Source: Escherichia coli
GTDB taxonomy: Bacteria > Pseudomonadota > Gammaproteobacteria > Enterobacterales > Enterobacteriaceae
Reading direction: 5' to 3' (one strand)
Length of the DNA: 64,000 bases
NCBI RefSeq assembly: GCF_003334335.1
Contig: NZ_QOWQ01000022.1
Part shown: in pieces, positions 37,335 through 52,130 of the stretch
Layout of the letters: every line of letters begins with the position of its first letter
Numbering within the stretch: the stretch's first letter is position 1
The notes under the pieces: generated by a model
Told to the model about the DNA's origin: nothing
The model's input: only the letters and a program-made list of their open reading frames with translations
The model's database searches: none
Translations under genes and position numbers: made by a program

Positions 37335-38735
37335 TTAGAAGCTGGCGTTACGCGGAGTACGTGGGAACGGAATCACATCACGTACGTTTTGCACGCCAGT
37401 TACGTAAGCAATCAGACGTTCAAAACCAAGACCGAAACCTGAATGCGGAACAGTACCGTAGCGACGCAGATCGCGATACCACCAGTAATCTTCTTTATTC
37501 AGGCCCATTTCCAGCATACGCTCGTCCAGCACGTCCAGACGTTCTTCACGCTGGGAGCCACCAATGATCTCACCGATGCCCGGAGCCAGAACGTCCATAG
37601 CCGCAACGGTTTTACCGTCTTCGTTAAGGCGCATATAGAACGCTTTAATATCTTTCGGATAGTTTTTAACCACTACCGGTGCTTTAAAGTGTTCTTCCGC
37701 CAGATAACGCTCATGCTCAGAAGAGAGATCGACTCCCCAGTAAACCGGGTTTTCAAACTTCCTGCCGCAGTTTTCGAGAATGGTCACTGCGTCGGTATAA
37801 TCCACCTGCGCAAAATCGGCTTCAATGAAGCGTTCCAGACGTGAAACGGCATCTTTATCTACGCGTTCAGCGAAGAATTTCATGTCGTCAGCGCGTTCTT
37901 CGAGAACCGCTTTGAAGACATATTTCAGCATGGCTTCAGCCAGACCCGCAATATCGTTCAGGTTAGCAAACGCCACTTCCGGCTCCAGCATCCAGAATTC
38001 CGCCAGGTGACGGCTGGTGTTGGAGTTTTCAGCACGGAAAGTCGGGCCGAAGGTATAAATTTTGGACAATGCGCAAGCGTAGGTTTCGCCGTTCAACTGG
38101 CCAGATACGGTCAGGAAAGACTCTTTACCAAAGAAGTCTTTGTCGAAATCCACTTTGCCCTGATCGTTACGCGGCAGGTTTTCCAGATCCAGCGTAGAAA
38201 CGCGGAACATTTCGCCTGCACCTTCGGTATCAGATGCGGTAATCAGTGGCGTTGAAACCCAGAAGAATCCCTGCTCGTTAAAGAAGCGATGCAGCGCCTG
38301 CGCCAGCGTATGGCGAACGCGCGCGACGGCACCAATCAGGTTTGTGCGCGGACGCAGGTGAGCGACTTCACGCAGATACTCAATGCTGTGGCGTTTTGCC
38401 GCCATCGGGTAAGTGTCTGGATCTTCAACCCAACCAGCAACTTCAACCTTGCTGGCCTGAATTTCAAATTGTTGCCCCTGGCCCGGCGACGCCACGACTT
38501 TACCCGTCACAATGACCGAGCAGCCGGTGGTCAGACGCAGGACGTCTTCATTGTAATTGGGCAGAGAATTATTGATGACAGCCTGTACAGGATCAAAGCA
38601 GGAACCGTCATAAACGGCGAGGAAGGAGATGCCAGCTTTTGAATCTCGGCGGGTACGTACCCATCCGCGCACGGTGACTTCGCTGTCAACGGCTACACGG
38701 CCCTGGAGTACGTCGGCTACAGGCACAACGCTCAT
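37335..38735 (-). CDS. asnS: asparaginyl-tRNA synthetase, 466 aa
   Basis: ORF 37335..38780(-) trimmed to [14 protein letters not shown]. Confidence 0.95.
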
Positions 38736-38870
38736 AATATTCTCTCTGTTAATAGTCGGAAAAAATAAACACTTGTCCACCCGTAAATGGGGGGATACCT
38801 ATGTTACCTGGCATCTGCAATCAGACAAGCAGAATTCGCAAATGCAGCGAAAGATTTCGGAATTAAAGGT

Positions 38871-38895
38871 AAAAAAAGGGAGCCGATTAGCTCCC
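38871..38895 (-). terminator. intrinsic terminator after pncB
   Basis: minus-strand hairpin GGGAGC-TAATC-GGCTCCC followed by TTTTTTT. Confidence 0.7.
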
Positions 38896-38903
38896 TGATG
38901 ATA

Positions 38904-40106
38904 TTAACTGGCTTTTTTAATATGCGGAAGGTCGAACGCTTTGCGCAGCGCCCGAACAAACGCTTTATCATGGCAGATAGTTTTGCCAGGGCTGTCAGAA
39001 AGTTTCGCCACCGGTTTACCGTTACACTCTACCAACTTAATGACAATATTCAGGGGTTTTACCTGGGGGATATCGCAGGTCAGGCGAGTCCCAATACCAA
39101 AACTTAATTGCACGCGGGAAGAGAAGTGGCGGTATAGCTCAACCGCTTTGCGTAAATCCAGATTGTCAGAGAAAACCAGCGTTTTACTCTGTGGATCAAT
39201 TCCCAGCTTTTCATAATGTGCAATGGCTTTTTCACCCCATTCAACCGGGTCGCCAGAGTCATGACGCAGGCCCTGATACCGACTAGCGAACTCGACACCG
39301 AAATCACGCAGGAAAGCATCCATAGTGATGCAGTCGGTTAATGCAATGCCAAGTTGGTCGGGATACTCTTCCAGCCAGGCAGCAAGTGCAGCTCGCTGGC
39401 TGTTGGCTAGATCCGGGCTGATTTGCTGATGTGCCTGGAACCATTCGTGTGCCTGTGTTCCCATCGGCGTGAGGGAAAGCCGACGCGCCAGATCGTAGTT
39501 GCTGGTGCCCACAAACCAGGATTCCTGTTGCAGACGCTTAACGATGGTTTCTTGTACTTCGCGAGAAAAACGGCGACGGGTGCCAAAATCCATCAGATGG
39601 AAGCGCGACATATCAAGACCGGCGGTTAACGCCGAGAAGTCGACTAATTTGCTTTCCAGCGTGTCGAGGGCTTGCGCAACGTCGGCCTGCGGTGAGCGAT
39701 AGCGATGTACCATTTCACTGATAACCGCCAGCAAAGGAACTTCCCAGAGGATGACTTCACGCCACGGGCCGCTTAAACGAATATCCAGCTTGCCATTATC
39801 GTTGGACACGGTGACTTGTTCCGGGTTAAAGCGGAACTCGCGTAACCAGTTAAGATAGTCGGCCTTAAAGAAAGGCAGGGCAGAAAGCCACTGATATTCA
39901 TCATCCTGCAGGCGCAGGTGCTGCATCGCCTGAACCTGTTCACGAATAGCATCGGCATAAATACCCAGCAGATCGTCACCTCGGCAACGAAACTCCGCCG
40001 CGACATGCACATCGTAATAGTGATGAAACACGGCTTGCTGCATATGCAACTTATAAGCATCTGTATCCAGCAACGAGTGCAGAACAGGAGAAGCGAATTG
40101 TGTCAT
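38904..40106 (-). CDS. pncB: nicotinate phosphoribosyltransferase, 400 aa
   Basis: ORF 38904..40154(-) trimmed to [20 protein letters not shown]. Confidence 0.93.
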   Translation of the reverse strand: MTQFASPVLHSLLDTDAYKLHMQQAVFHHYYDVHVAAEFRCRGDDLLGIYADAIREQVQAMQHLRLQDDEYQWLSALPFFKADYLNWLREFRFNPEQVTVSNDNGKLDIRLSGPWREVILWEVPLLAVISEMVHRYRSPQADVAQALDTLESKLVDFSALTAGLDMSRFHLMDFGTRRRFSREVQETIVKRLQQESWFVGTSNYDLARRLSLTPMGTQAHEWFQAHQQISPDLANSQRAALAAWLEEYPDQLGIALTDCITMDAFLRDFGVEFASRYQGLRHDSGDPVEWGEKAIAHYEKLGIDPQSKTLVFSDNLDLRKAVELYRHFSSRVQLSFGIGTRLTCDIPQVKPLNIVIKLVECNGKPVAKLSDSPGKTICHDKAFVRALRKAFDLPHIKKAS

Positions 40107-40371
40107 AGGTGCGCAGTAGCGTCCTCGTACAGGAGCGTTTAGTACAATAAACATCTTCAGGAACTGCTGGAGTATACCTTGTTTCGCAATTTATTGAACC
40201 CCGATCACACCATATGCCACCTTTCTGGTCGATGGCATTACGCGGTGTATGTTATAAAAATGTAGCAATAAAGGCGTTTGTACCTGAAAAGATGAAGATT
40301 CTGCATAGCGCGATTTACGCAACAGGAATAGACTGAACACCAGACTCTATAAAAGATGCTAAAGGTTATTT

Positions 40372-42984
40372 ATGACTCAACAGCCACAAGCCAAATACCG
40401 TCACGATTATCGTGCGCCGGATTACCAGATTACTGATATTGACTTGACCTTTGACCTCGACGCGCAAAAGACGGTCGTTACCGCGGTCAGCCAGGCTGTC
40501 CGTCATGGTGCATCAGATGCTCCCCTTCGTCTCAACGGCGAAGACCTCAAACTGGTTTCTGTTCATATTAATGATGAGCCGTGGACCGCCTGGAAAGAAG
40601 AAGAGGGCGCACTGGTTATCAGTAATTTGCCGGAGCGTTTTACGCTTAAGATCATTAATGAAATAAGCCCGGCGGCGAATACCGCGCTGGAAGGGCTTTA
40701 TCAGTCAGGCGATGCGCTTTGCACCCAGTGTGAAGCCGAAGGTTTCCGCCATATTACGTATTATCTCGACCGCCCGGACGTGCTGGCGCGTTTTACCACC
40801 AAAATTATTGCCGATAAAATCAAATATCCCTTCCTGCTTTCCAATGGTAACCGCGTTGCGCAAGGCGAACTGGAAAACGGACGCCATTGGGTACAGTGGC
40901 AGGACCCGTTCCCGAAACCGTGCTACCTGTTTGCGCTGGTGGCAGGCGACTTTGATGTACTGCGCGATACCTTTACCACGCGTTCTGGTCGCGAAGTAGC
41001 ACTGGAGCTGTACGTCGATCGCGGCAACCTTGATCGCGCGCCGTGGGCGATGACCTCGCTGAAAAACTCCATGAAATGGGATGAAGAACGCTTTGGCCTG
41101 GAGTATGACCTCGACATCTATATGATCGTCGCGGTGGATTTCTTCAATATGGGCGCAATGGAGAATAAGGGGCTGAATATCTTTAACTCCAAATATGTGC
41201 TGGCCCGCACCGACACCGCCACCGACAAAGATTACCTCGATATTGAACGCGTTATCGGCCATGAATATTTCCATAACTGGACCGGTAACCGAGTGACCTG
41301 TCGCGACTGGTTCCAGCTCAGCCTGAAAGAAGGTTTAACCGTCTTCCGCGATCAGGAGTTCAGCTCTGACCTTGGTTCCCGCGCAGTTAACCGCATCAAT
41401 AATGTACGCACCATGCGCGGATTGCAGTTTGCAGAAGACGCCAGCCCGATGGCGCACCCGATCCGCCCGGATATGGTCATTGAGATGAACAACTTCTACA
41501 CCCTGACCGTTTACGAGAAGGGCGCGGAAGTGATTCGCATGATCCACACCCTGCTTGGCGAAGAAAACTTCCAGAAAGGGATGCAGCTTTATTTCGAGCG
41601 TCATGATGGTAGTGCAGCGACCTGTGACGACTTTGTGCAGGCGATGGAAGATGCGTCGAATGTCGATCTCTCCCATTTCCGCCGTTGGTACAGCCAGTCC
41701 GGTACACCGATTGTGACCGTCAAAGACGACTACAATCCGGAAACCGAGCAGTACACCCTGACCATCAGCCAGCGCACGCCAGCCACGCCGGATCAGGCAG
41801 AAAAACAGCCGCTGCATATTCCGTTTGCCATCGAACTGTATGATAACGAAGGCAAAGTGATCCCGTTGCAGAAAGGCGGTCATCCGGTGAATTCCGTGCT
41901 GAACGTCACTCAGGCGGAACAGACCTTTGTCTTTGATAATGTCTACTTCCAGCCGGTGCCTGCGCTGCTGTGCGAATTCTCTGCGCCAGTGAAACTGGAA
42001 TATAAGTGGAGCGATCAGCAACTGACCTTCCTGATGCGTCATGCGCGTAATGATTTCTCCCGCTGGGATGCGGCGCAAAGTTTGCTGGCAACCTACATCA
42101 AGCTGAACGTCGCGCGTCATCAGCAAGGTCAGCCGCTGTCTCTGCCGGTGCATGTGGCTGATGCTTTCCGCGCGGTACTGCTTGATGAGAAGATTGATCC
42201 AGCGCTGGCGGCAGAAATCCTGACGCTGCCTTCTGTCAATGAAATGGCTGAATTGTTCGATATCATCGACCCGATTGCTATTGCCGAAGTACGCGAAGCA
42301 CTCACTCGTACTCTGGCGACTGAACTGGCGGATGAGCTACTGGCTATTTACAACGCGAATTACCAGAGCGAGTACCGTGTTGAGCATGAAGATATTGCAA
42401 AACGCACTCTGCGTAATGCCTGCCTGCGTTTCCTCGCTTTTGGTGAAACGCATCTGGCTGATGTGCTGGTGAGCAAGCAGTTCCACGAAGCAAACAATAT
42501 GACTGATGCGCTGGCGGCGCTTTCTGCGGCGGTTGCCGCACAGCTGCCTTGCCGTGACGCGCTGATGCAGGAGTACGACGACAAGTGGCATCAGAACGGT
42601 CTGGTGATGGATAAATGGTTTATCCTGCAAGCCACCAGCCCGGCGGCGAATGTGCTGGAGACGGTGCGCGGCCTGTTGCAGCATCGCTCATTTACCATGA
42701 GCAACCCGAACCGTATTCGTTCGTTGATTGGCGCGTTTGCGGGCAGCAATCCGGCAGCGTTCCATGCCGAAGATGGCAGCGGTTACCTGTTCCTGGTGGA
42801 AATGCTTACCGACCTCAACAGCCGTAACCCGCAGGTGGCTTCACGTCTGATTGAACCGCTGATTCGCCTGAAACGTTACGATGCCAAACGTCAGGAGAAA
42901 ATGCGCGCGGCGCTGGAACAGTTGAAAGGGCTGGAAAATCTCTCTGGCGATCTGTACGAGAAGATAACTAAAGCACTGGCTTGA
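40372..42984 (+). CDS. pepN: aminopeptidase N (M1 family), 870 aa
   Basis: ORF 40372..42984(+); HEYFHNWTGN zinc motif. Confidence 0.98.
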   Translation: MTQQPQAKYRHDYRAPDYQITDIDLTFDLDAQKTVVTAVSQAVRHGASDAPLRLNGEDLKLVSVHINDEPWTAWKEEEGALVISNLPERFTLKIINEISPAANTALEGLYQSGDALCTQCEAEGFRHITYYLDRPDVLARFTTKIIADKIKYPFLLSNGNRVAQGELENGRHWVQWQDPFPKPCYLFALVAGDFDVLRDTFTTRSGREVALELYVDRGNLDRAPWAMTSLKNSMKWDEERFGLEYDLDIYMIVAVDFFNMGAMENKGLNIFNSKYVLARTDTATDKDYLDIERVIGHEYFHNWTGNRVTCRDWFQLSLKEGLTVFRDQEFSSDLGSRAVNRINNVRTMRGLQFAEDASPMAHPIRPDMVIEMNNFYTLTVYEKGAEVIRMIHTLLGEENFQKGMQLYFERHDGSAATCDDFVQAMEDASNVDLSHFRRWYSQSGTPIVTVKDDYNPETEQYTLTISQRTPATPDQAEKQPLHIPFAIELYDNEGKVIPLQKGGHPVNSVLNVTQAEQTFVFDNVYFQPVPALLCEFSAPVKLEYKWSDQQLTFLMRHARNDFSRWDAAQSLLATYIKLNVARHQQGQPLSLPVHVADAFRAVLLDEKIDPALAAEILTLPSVNEMAELFDIIDPIAIAEVREALTRTLATELADELLAIYNANYQSEYRVEHEDIAKRTLRNACLRFLAFGETHLADVLVSKQFHEANNMTDALAALSAAVAAQLPCRDALMQEYDDKWHQNGLVMDKWFILQATSPAANVLETVRGLLQHRSFTMSNPNRIRSLIGAFAGSNPAAFHAEDGSGYLFLVEMLTDLNSRNPQVASRLIEPLIRLKRYDAKRQEKMRAALEQLKGLENLSGDLYEKITKALA

Positions 42985-42991
42985 TAAATAA

Positions 42992-43021
42992 CCGAATGGC
43001 GGCAATAGCGCCGCCATTCGG
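42992..43021. terminator. perfect 12-bp inverted repeat between convergent pepN and ssuB (shared terminator or REP-like hairpin)
   Basis: CCGAATGGCGGC-AATAGC-GCCGCCATTCGG. Confidence 0.6.
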
Positions 43022-43026
43022 GGAAT

Positions 43027-43794
43027 TTACCCCTGTTTTCTCAGGCGAGTTTCAGATTCACCACGTTGCATCACCCGTTGCAACACCTCCGCTTCCAGCT
43101 CCGCTAATCGCACCGACCCTAATCGACGCGGACGGGGGATATCCACTGTCAAATCCAGACCAATTTTTCCCTCTTCAATTAACAGCACCCGGTCAGCCAT
43201 CGCTACCGCTTCGCTCACATCATGCGTCACCAACAGTACGGTAAAGCCGTGCTCCTGCCAAAGTGACACAATCAAATCCTGCATCTCGAGTCGCGTTAAG
43301 GCGTCCAGCGCCCCGAGCGGTTCATCAAGCAACAATAATCCCGGTCGATGAATCAACGCTCTTGCCAGCGCCACTCGCTGTTTCTGCCCGCCAGAAAGTG
43401 CGGCAGGCCATTCCCCTGCGCGATTCTCCAGTCCTACCGCAGCCAACGCTCGACGTGCGGCATCGCGCCACTGGCCTTTAAGGCCTAACCCAACGTTATC
43501 AATCACCGATTTCCACGGTAGCAGACGCGCATCCTGAAACATCATTCGCGTGTCTTCCTGAATTTCAGCCAGCGGTGTGGTGCCCGCTAACACATCGCCT
43601 GCGGTTGGCGTTTCCAGACCTGCCAGCAGGCGCAGCAGGGTACTTTTGCCACCACCGCTGCGGCCCACCACCGCCACAAACTGACCTGCCGGAATATGTA
43701 AATCCAGTTGGTTCAGGACGATATTTTCCGCGTAATGTTTGCTTACTGCATTGAGCAACAATGGCGTGCCCTGGTTCAGACGAGCAGTATTCAT
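43027..43794 (-). CDS. ssuB: aliphatic sulfonate ABC transporter ATPase, 255 aa
   Basis: ORF 43027..43794(-); Walker [10 protein letters not shown]. Confidence 0.95.
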
Positions 43795-44582
43795 ACCGTG
43801 GCCTCCTTCAAATGATAAGCCGGGTTCCAGCGCAACCAGAGGCGCTCTAACAGCTGCGCGCTGACGTCAGCCAGTTTGCCGAGCAGGGCGTAAAGAATAA
43901 TAGCGACTACCACCACGTCCGTTTGCAAAAACTCCCGCGCATTCATCGCCAGATAACCAATGCCTGAATTGGCAGAAATGGTTTCGGCAACAATCAGCGT
44001 CAGCCACATCAGGCCCAACGCAAAACGCACGCCGACCATAATTGAGGGCAGGGCACCAGGCAGGATCACATGGATAAACAGCGGTATGCCGGATAATCCA
44101 TAGCTACGCGCCATCTCCACCAACCCGCGATCGATATTACGGATGCCATGCCAGGTGTTGATATAAATGGGGAATAGCGTACCGAGCGCCACCAGAAAGA
44201 TTTTTGCGGATTCATCAATGCCAAACCACAAAATCACCAGCGGGATCAGCGCCAGATGCGGCACGTTGCGCAACATCTGAATTGAGGTATCCAGCAGCCG
44301 TTCTCCCCAGCGAGATAGCCCGCTAATCAGTCCCAAAATCAACCCCAGCGATCCGCCAATTGAAAAGCCAATCAGCGCCCGCCAGGAGCTGATCGCCAGA
44401 TGCTGCCACAGTTCGCCGCTGGCGGAGAGCGTCCAGAACGCCGTCACCACTCCTTCCGGTGAAGGCAAAATACGCGTCGACAGCCAGCCAACCGAGGAGG
44501 CCAGTTGCCACACCGCCACGATGCCCACCGGTAAAAACCAGGGGGCAACGCGCAATAACCACTTCTTCACTGGCGTTGCCAT
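43791..44582 (-). CDS. ssuC: aliphatic sulfonate ABC transporter permease, 263 aa
   Basis: ORF 43791..44627(-) trimmed to [15 protein letters not shown]; 4-nt overlap with ssuB. Confidence 0.9.
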
Positions 44583-44592
44583 TATTTCTTCC

Positions 44593-45738
44593 TTAGCTTT
44601 GCGCGACTTTACGGGGGATAAAATCATTCGCCACCGCTTCGCCTTGCGGATTCAGCGGCTGCGGCTGGGGAATTTCCGGGATGGCGACATCCAGAAGCGG
44701 GAACAGCAACTCGCCAACCCGATACGCTTCTTCCAGATGCGGATAGCCCGAAAGCACAAAACTGTCGATGCCAAGCGCGGCATATTCGTTGATTCGCGCA
44801 GCGACCGTAGGACCATCGCCCACCAGCGCCGTCCCGGCACCGCCGCGCACTAAGCCAACGCCCGCCCATAAATTGGGGCTGATCTCCAGATTGTCGCGCT
44901 TGCCGTTATGTAACGCCGCCATTCGCTGTTGCCCTACGGAATCCGTCCGGGCGAATGCGGCCTGTGCTTTGGCGATAGTTTCATCATCAAGATGCGAGAT
45001 TAACCGCTCGGCGGCCTGCCACGCTTCGTCGTTAGTTTCACGAACAATCACATGCAGACGAATACCGAAACGAATTTTGCGTCCATGCGCGGCAGCTTTC
45101 GCCCGCACTTGTTCGATTTTCTCTTTAACCAGTTCCGGCGGTTCGCCCCAGGTGAGGTAGAGATCAACCTGTTCTGCCGCCAGCTCCTGGGCGACATCTG
45201 ACGATCCGCCAAAGTAAAGTGGCGGATACGGCTGTTGAATCGCCGGGAAGAGCAGTTTTGCTCCGCGCACATGAATATGTTTACCGTTGAAATCGACGGT
45301 TTCTCTCTGCAATAAACGCCGCCAGACCTGGGTAAATTCCGCCGAGGCTTCGTAGCGCTCGCTATGATCAAGGAACACTCCGTCGCCTGCCAGCTCTTGT
45401 GGATCGCTGCCTGTGACCAGGTTAAACAACGCACGTCCATTTGAGAGACGGTCAAGCGTGGCGGCCTGGCGGGCGGCAACGGTAGGTGAGGTTACGCTGG
45501 GACGCAGGGCGACAAGAAACTTCAGCCGCTGCGTCACCGGGATCATCGATGCGGCAACCAGCCACGCATCTTCGCAGGAGCGCCCCGTTGGAATTAGCAC
45601 ACCGGTATAGCCAAGACGATCCGCCGCTTGCGCAATTTGTTGCAGATAACCGTGATCAACCGGGCGTGAACCTTCTTCCGTTCCCAGATAATGCCCGTCA
45701 CCGTGGGTCGGTAAAAACCAGAACATATTCAGACTCAT
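44593..45738 (-). CDS. ssuD: FMNH2-dependent alkanesulfonate monooxygenase, 381 aa
   Basis: ORF 44593..45738(-); [19 protein letters not shown]. Confidence 0.96.
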
Positions 45739-46694
45739 AATTGTTTTCCTTCCAGTTGAGTGGGCTGCCAGATGCGCTGGCGAATATCGACTTTTTTCGG
45801 CACCAGACGATTTTCATAAAACAGATCTGCCGTTTGCTGCTGTAAGGCGGCAACCTCGGCGTTAACCGGTTTGATGGTGGTAGGAGGGCGATGATCTAAG
45901 TAAGAGGCAATCACCGGTGCCGGTAAGCCCATCGTTTTTGCCAGTAAAGCGATGCTTTGCTCGCGCTGGCTGCGGGTTAACGCATCGGCCTCACTAAAGG
46001 TTGCCAGTACGCCCTGAATAAAAGCGCCGTTTTTTTCTGCATAGGGACGAGCTGCCAGATAAAACGATCCAGTTTGATTGAGATCGGTGCCGTCTTTCAG
46101 CACCCGCACGCCGCCCTGTAATAATGCAGCAGAGTAGTAGGGATCCCAGATAGCCCAGGCGTCAACGTTACCTTGCTGGAACGCGGCGCGGGCATCAGCG
46201 GGCGTCAGGTAAGTGGGTTGGATATCGGTAAACTTAAGTCCGGCCTGACGCAGTGCACGCAGTAAAAGGTTGTGTGAACTGGAACCTTTCTGAAAGGCAA
46301 CTTTGTGACCTTTAAGATCGGCTACGGTTTTGATCGGGCTGTTTTCTGCCACCAGAATCACTTCGGCTTTGGGCTTCGGTGGCTCGACGCCCACGTACAC
46401 CAAATCAGCCCCGGCAGCCTGGGCAAAGATTGGCGGAATATCCCCGGTACTGCCGAGATCAATACTGCCAACGTTTAACGCTTCCAACATTTGCGGACCC
46501 GCGGGGAACTCCACCCAGGAGATTTTTGATTCCGGATAGCGTTTTTCCAGTAACTGGTGGCTTTTTGCCAGCACCATACCAATACTGCCTTTCTGATAGC
46601 CTATACGTAACGCTTCAGGCGAGGATTCTGCAGCAACCGCAAAAGTAGAGACGCTAAGCAATCCCGCCAGCGCCAGTTTAATGATGTTACGCAT
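45735..46694 (-). CDS. ssuA: aliphatic sulfonate periplasmic binding protein, 319 aa
   Basis: ORF 45735..46736(-) trimmed to [14 protein letters not shown]; overlaps ssuE stop. Confidence 0.9.
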
Positions 46695-47262
46695 GGGCAT
46701 TACCTCGCAGAGACAGAAGGTCAGGAACCTGAACATCGCGGCGGTGCAATGCCTGCCAGAAAGTTTCTAGCGCGGTATCAAGACGGGTTTGCAGATTTGG
46801 CGTGAACTGGGGTCTGTGATGGTAATCAATTACTTGTGAGTCATCGGCAAACACGCCGTGCAGGATCTCCTGAGCTTTCAGTGCGCTTAAAACTGGTTTA
46901 AGGGCATAATCGACCGCCAGCAGATGGGCCACGGTACCGCCCGTCGCCAGCGGTAGCACCACTTTGCCTTGCAAAGCGCGTTCTGGCAGCAGGTCGAGCA
47001 GGGTTTTCAACGCACCGGAATAGGCGGCTTTATACACAGGCGTGGCGACAATCAGCCCATCGGCCTGTTGCAGCTGTTCGGTGAAGGTCTTGAGTGCCGG
47101 ACTATCGAAACGAGCATAAAGTAGATCTTCCGGGGCGAAGTTTTGCAGATTCCAGTGATAAACCTCTACATCCAGGCCATTTAGTTTTTCCCGCGCATAT
47201 TCCAGCAAGGAGCTGGAGCGAGAAGGAAAGCGAGGACTACCCGCCAGGGTGATGACACGCAT
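46687..47262 (-). CDS. ssuE: NADPH-dependent FMN reductase, 191 aa
   Basis: ORF 46687..47262(-); first gene of the ssuEADCB operon. Confidence 0.95.
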   Translation of the reverse strand: MRVITLAGSPRFPSRSSSLLEYAREKLNGLDVEVYHWNLQNFAPEDLLYARFDSPALKTFTEQLQQADGLIVATPVYKAAYSGALKTLLDLLPERALQGKVVLPLATGGTVAHLLAVDYALKPVLSALKAQEILHGVFADDSQVIDYHHRPQFTPNLQTRLDTALETFWQALHRRDVQVPDLLSLRGNAHA

Positions 47263-47617
47263 ACTCTCTCCTTATAACCAATTGTTCTTTTTTTGTTAAC
47301 ATTGATAACAATTCGGTCAGTCTGTCGGAGAGACAAGAAAATTCCAAATATAAATTTTGTGTATCTTTTTCTGAAAATAAACTAAAGAAAGGGCTTTATA
47401 TATCACGCATATTTATTTATTGGATAGTCATTAGATGTTGAATCAATGAATTACTCGTTCAGTTAATATTTAAATATTCATGAAATCTATAAATTAAAGA
47501 TTTGTCACTTATTGGATTTAGTATGCTTGATTTAAATGGCGGACAATTATTGTTATTATTAAGTCTAATGTCATTTAAAGGCATTATCATATTTACGAAG
47601 AGATCAGGATGATAACG
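47263..47617. promoter_or_regulatory. AT-rich divergent control region between ssuE and elfA
   Basis: 355 bp of strongly AT-rich sequence between divergent operons. Confidence 0.5.
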
Positions 47618-48157
47618 ATGAAAAAAAGTGTATTGACGGCGTTTATAACTGTGGTATGTGCAACGTCCAGCGTTATGGCTGCTGATGATAATGCTATCAC
47701 GGATGGCTCAGTAACATTTAATGGTAAAGTTATTGCTCCAGCTTGTACCCTGGTAGCTGCGACGAAAGATTCCGTGGTGACTTTGCCAGATGTTAGTGCC
47801 ACGAAGTTGCAAACCAATGGTCAGGTTTCTGGCGTGCAAATTGATGTGCCAATTGAATTAAAAGATTGTGATACTACCGTAACAAAAAATGCAACGTTCA
47901 CCTTTAATGGCACTGCGGATACTACTCAGATTACAGCGTTTGCTAACCAGGCCTCATCTGATGCTGCTACAAACGTGGCCCTGCAAATGTATATGAATGA
48001 TGGTACAACGGCCATCACGCCAGACACAGAAACCGGGAACATTTTGTTGCAGGATGGAGATCAGACGTTGACTTTTAAAGTTGATTATATCGCTACGGGG
48101 AAAGCGACTTCAGGTAATGTGAATGCGGTAACAAATTTCCATATTAACTATTATTAA
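47618..48157 (+). CDS. elfA: fimbrial major subunit-like protein, 179 aa
   Basis: ORF 47609..48157(+) trimmed to MKKSVLTAFITVV; signal peptide; C-terminal aromatic residue typical of pilins. Confidence 0.88.
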   Translation: MKKSVLTAFITVVCATSSVMAADDNAITDGSVTFNGKVIAPACTLVAATKDSVVTLPDVSATKLQTNGQVSGVQIDVPIELKDCDTTVTKNATFTFNGTADTTQITAFANQASSDAATNVALQMYMNDGTTAITPDTETGNILLQDGDQTLTFKVDYIATGKATSGNVNAVTNFHINYY

Positions 48158-48239
48158 TAGAACTCATTAATTGTTTTATTAATTAGTACCCCTCCAGTGT
48201 TCTGGAGGGGATATTCATATTTTTTAAGAGTGACTATTT

Positions 48240-48941
48240 ATGAAAACTTGCATAACAAAGGGAATTGTGACCGTAAGTTTAACGGCAATATTACTCAGCT
48301 GCTCATCCGCATGGGCGGCAGGTAAAGGCGGGATTGGACTTGCAGCAACACGTCTTGTTTATTCAGAAGGTGAAGAGCAAATTTCACTGGGTGTACGTAA
48401 CACCAGTCCGGATGTTCCTTATCTTATTCAGTCATGGGTGATGACCCCAGATAATAAAAAATCAGCAGACTTTATTATTACACCACCGCTATTTGTGCTG
48501 AATCCGGCAAATGAGAATCTGTTACGCATTATGTACATTGGAGCGCCGTTGGCGAAAGACAGAGAAACCCTTTTCTTCACTAGCGTACGGGCAGTCCCTT
48601 CAACAACGAAGCGGAAAGAGGGAAATACCCTGAAGATTGCCACACAAAGCGTCATCAAACTTTTCTGGCGACCAAAAGGTTTAGCGTATCCCTTAGGCGA
48701 GGCTCCGGCGAAACTGCGTTGCACTTCGTCAGCTGACATGGTTACGGTCAGTAACCCAACACCTTATTTCATTACCCTGACAGACCTGAAAATAGGTGGA
48801 AAAGTAGTTAAAAATCAAATGATTTCCCCCTTTGATAAATACCAATTTTCTCTGCCAAAGGGGGCCAAAAATAGCAGCGTAACGTATCGAACCATCAATG
48901 ACTACGGGGCGGAAACGCCGCAACTCAACTGTAAATCGTAA
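48240..48941 (+). CDS. elfD: periplasmic fimbrial chaperone (PapD-like), 233 aa
   Basis: ORF 48240..48941(+); signal peptide; chaperone fold motifs. Confidence 0.9.
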   Translation: MKTCITKGIVTVSLTAILLSCSSAWAAGKGGIGLAATRLVYSEGEEQISLGVRNTSPDVPYLIQSWVMTPDNKKSADFIITPPLFVLNPANENLLRIMYIGAPLAKDRETLFFTSVRAVPSTTKRKEGNTLKIATQSVIKLFWRPKGLAYPLGEAPAKLRCTSSADMVTVSNPTPYFITLTDLKIGGKVVKNQMISPFDKYQFSLPKGAKNSSVTYRTINDYGAETPQLNCKS

Positions 48942-48965
48942 TTCGTCTTCAGTTAAGAGAGCGAG

Positions 48966-52119
<3,154 letters not shown>

Positions 52120-52130
52120 CGCGTGAACGT

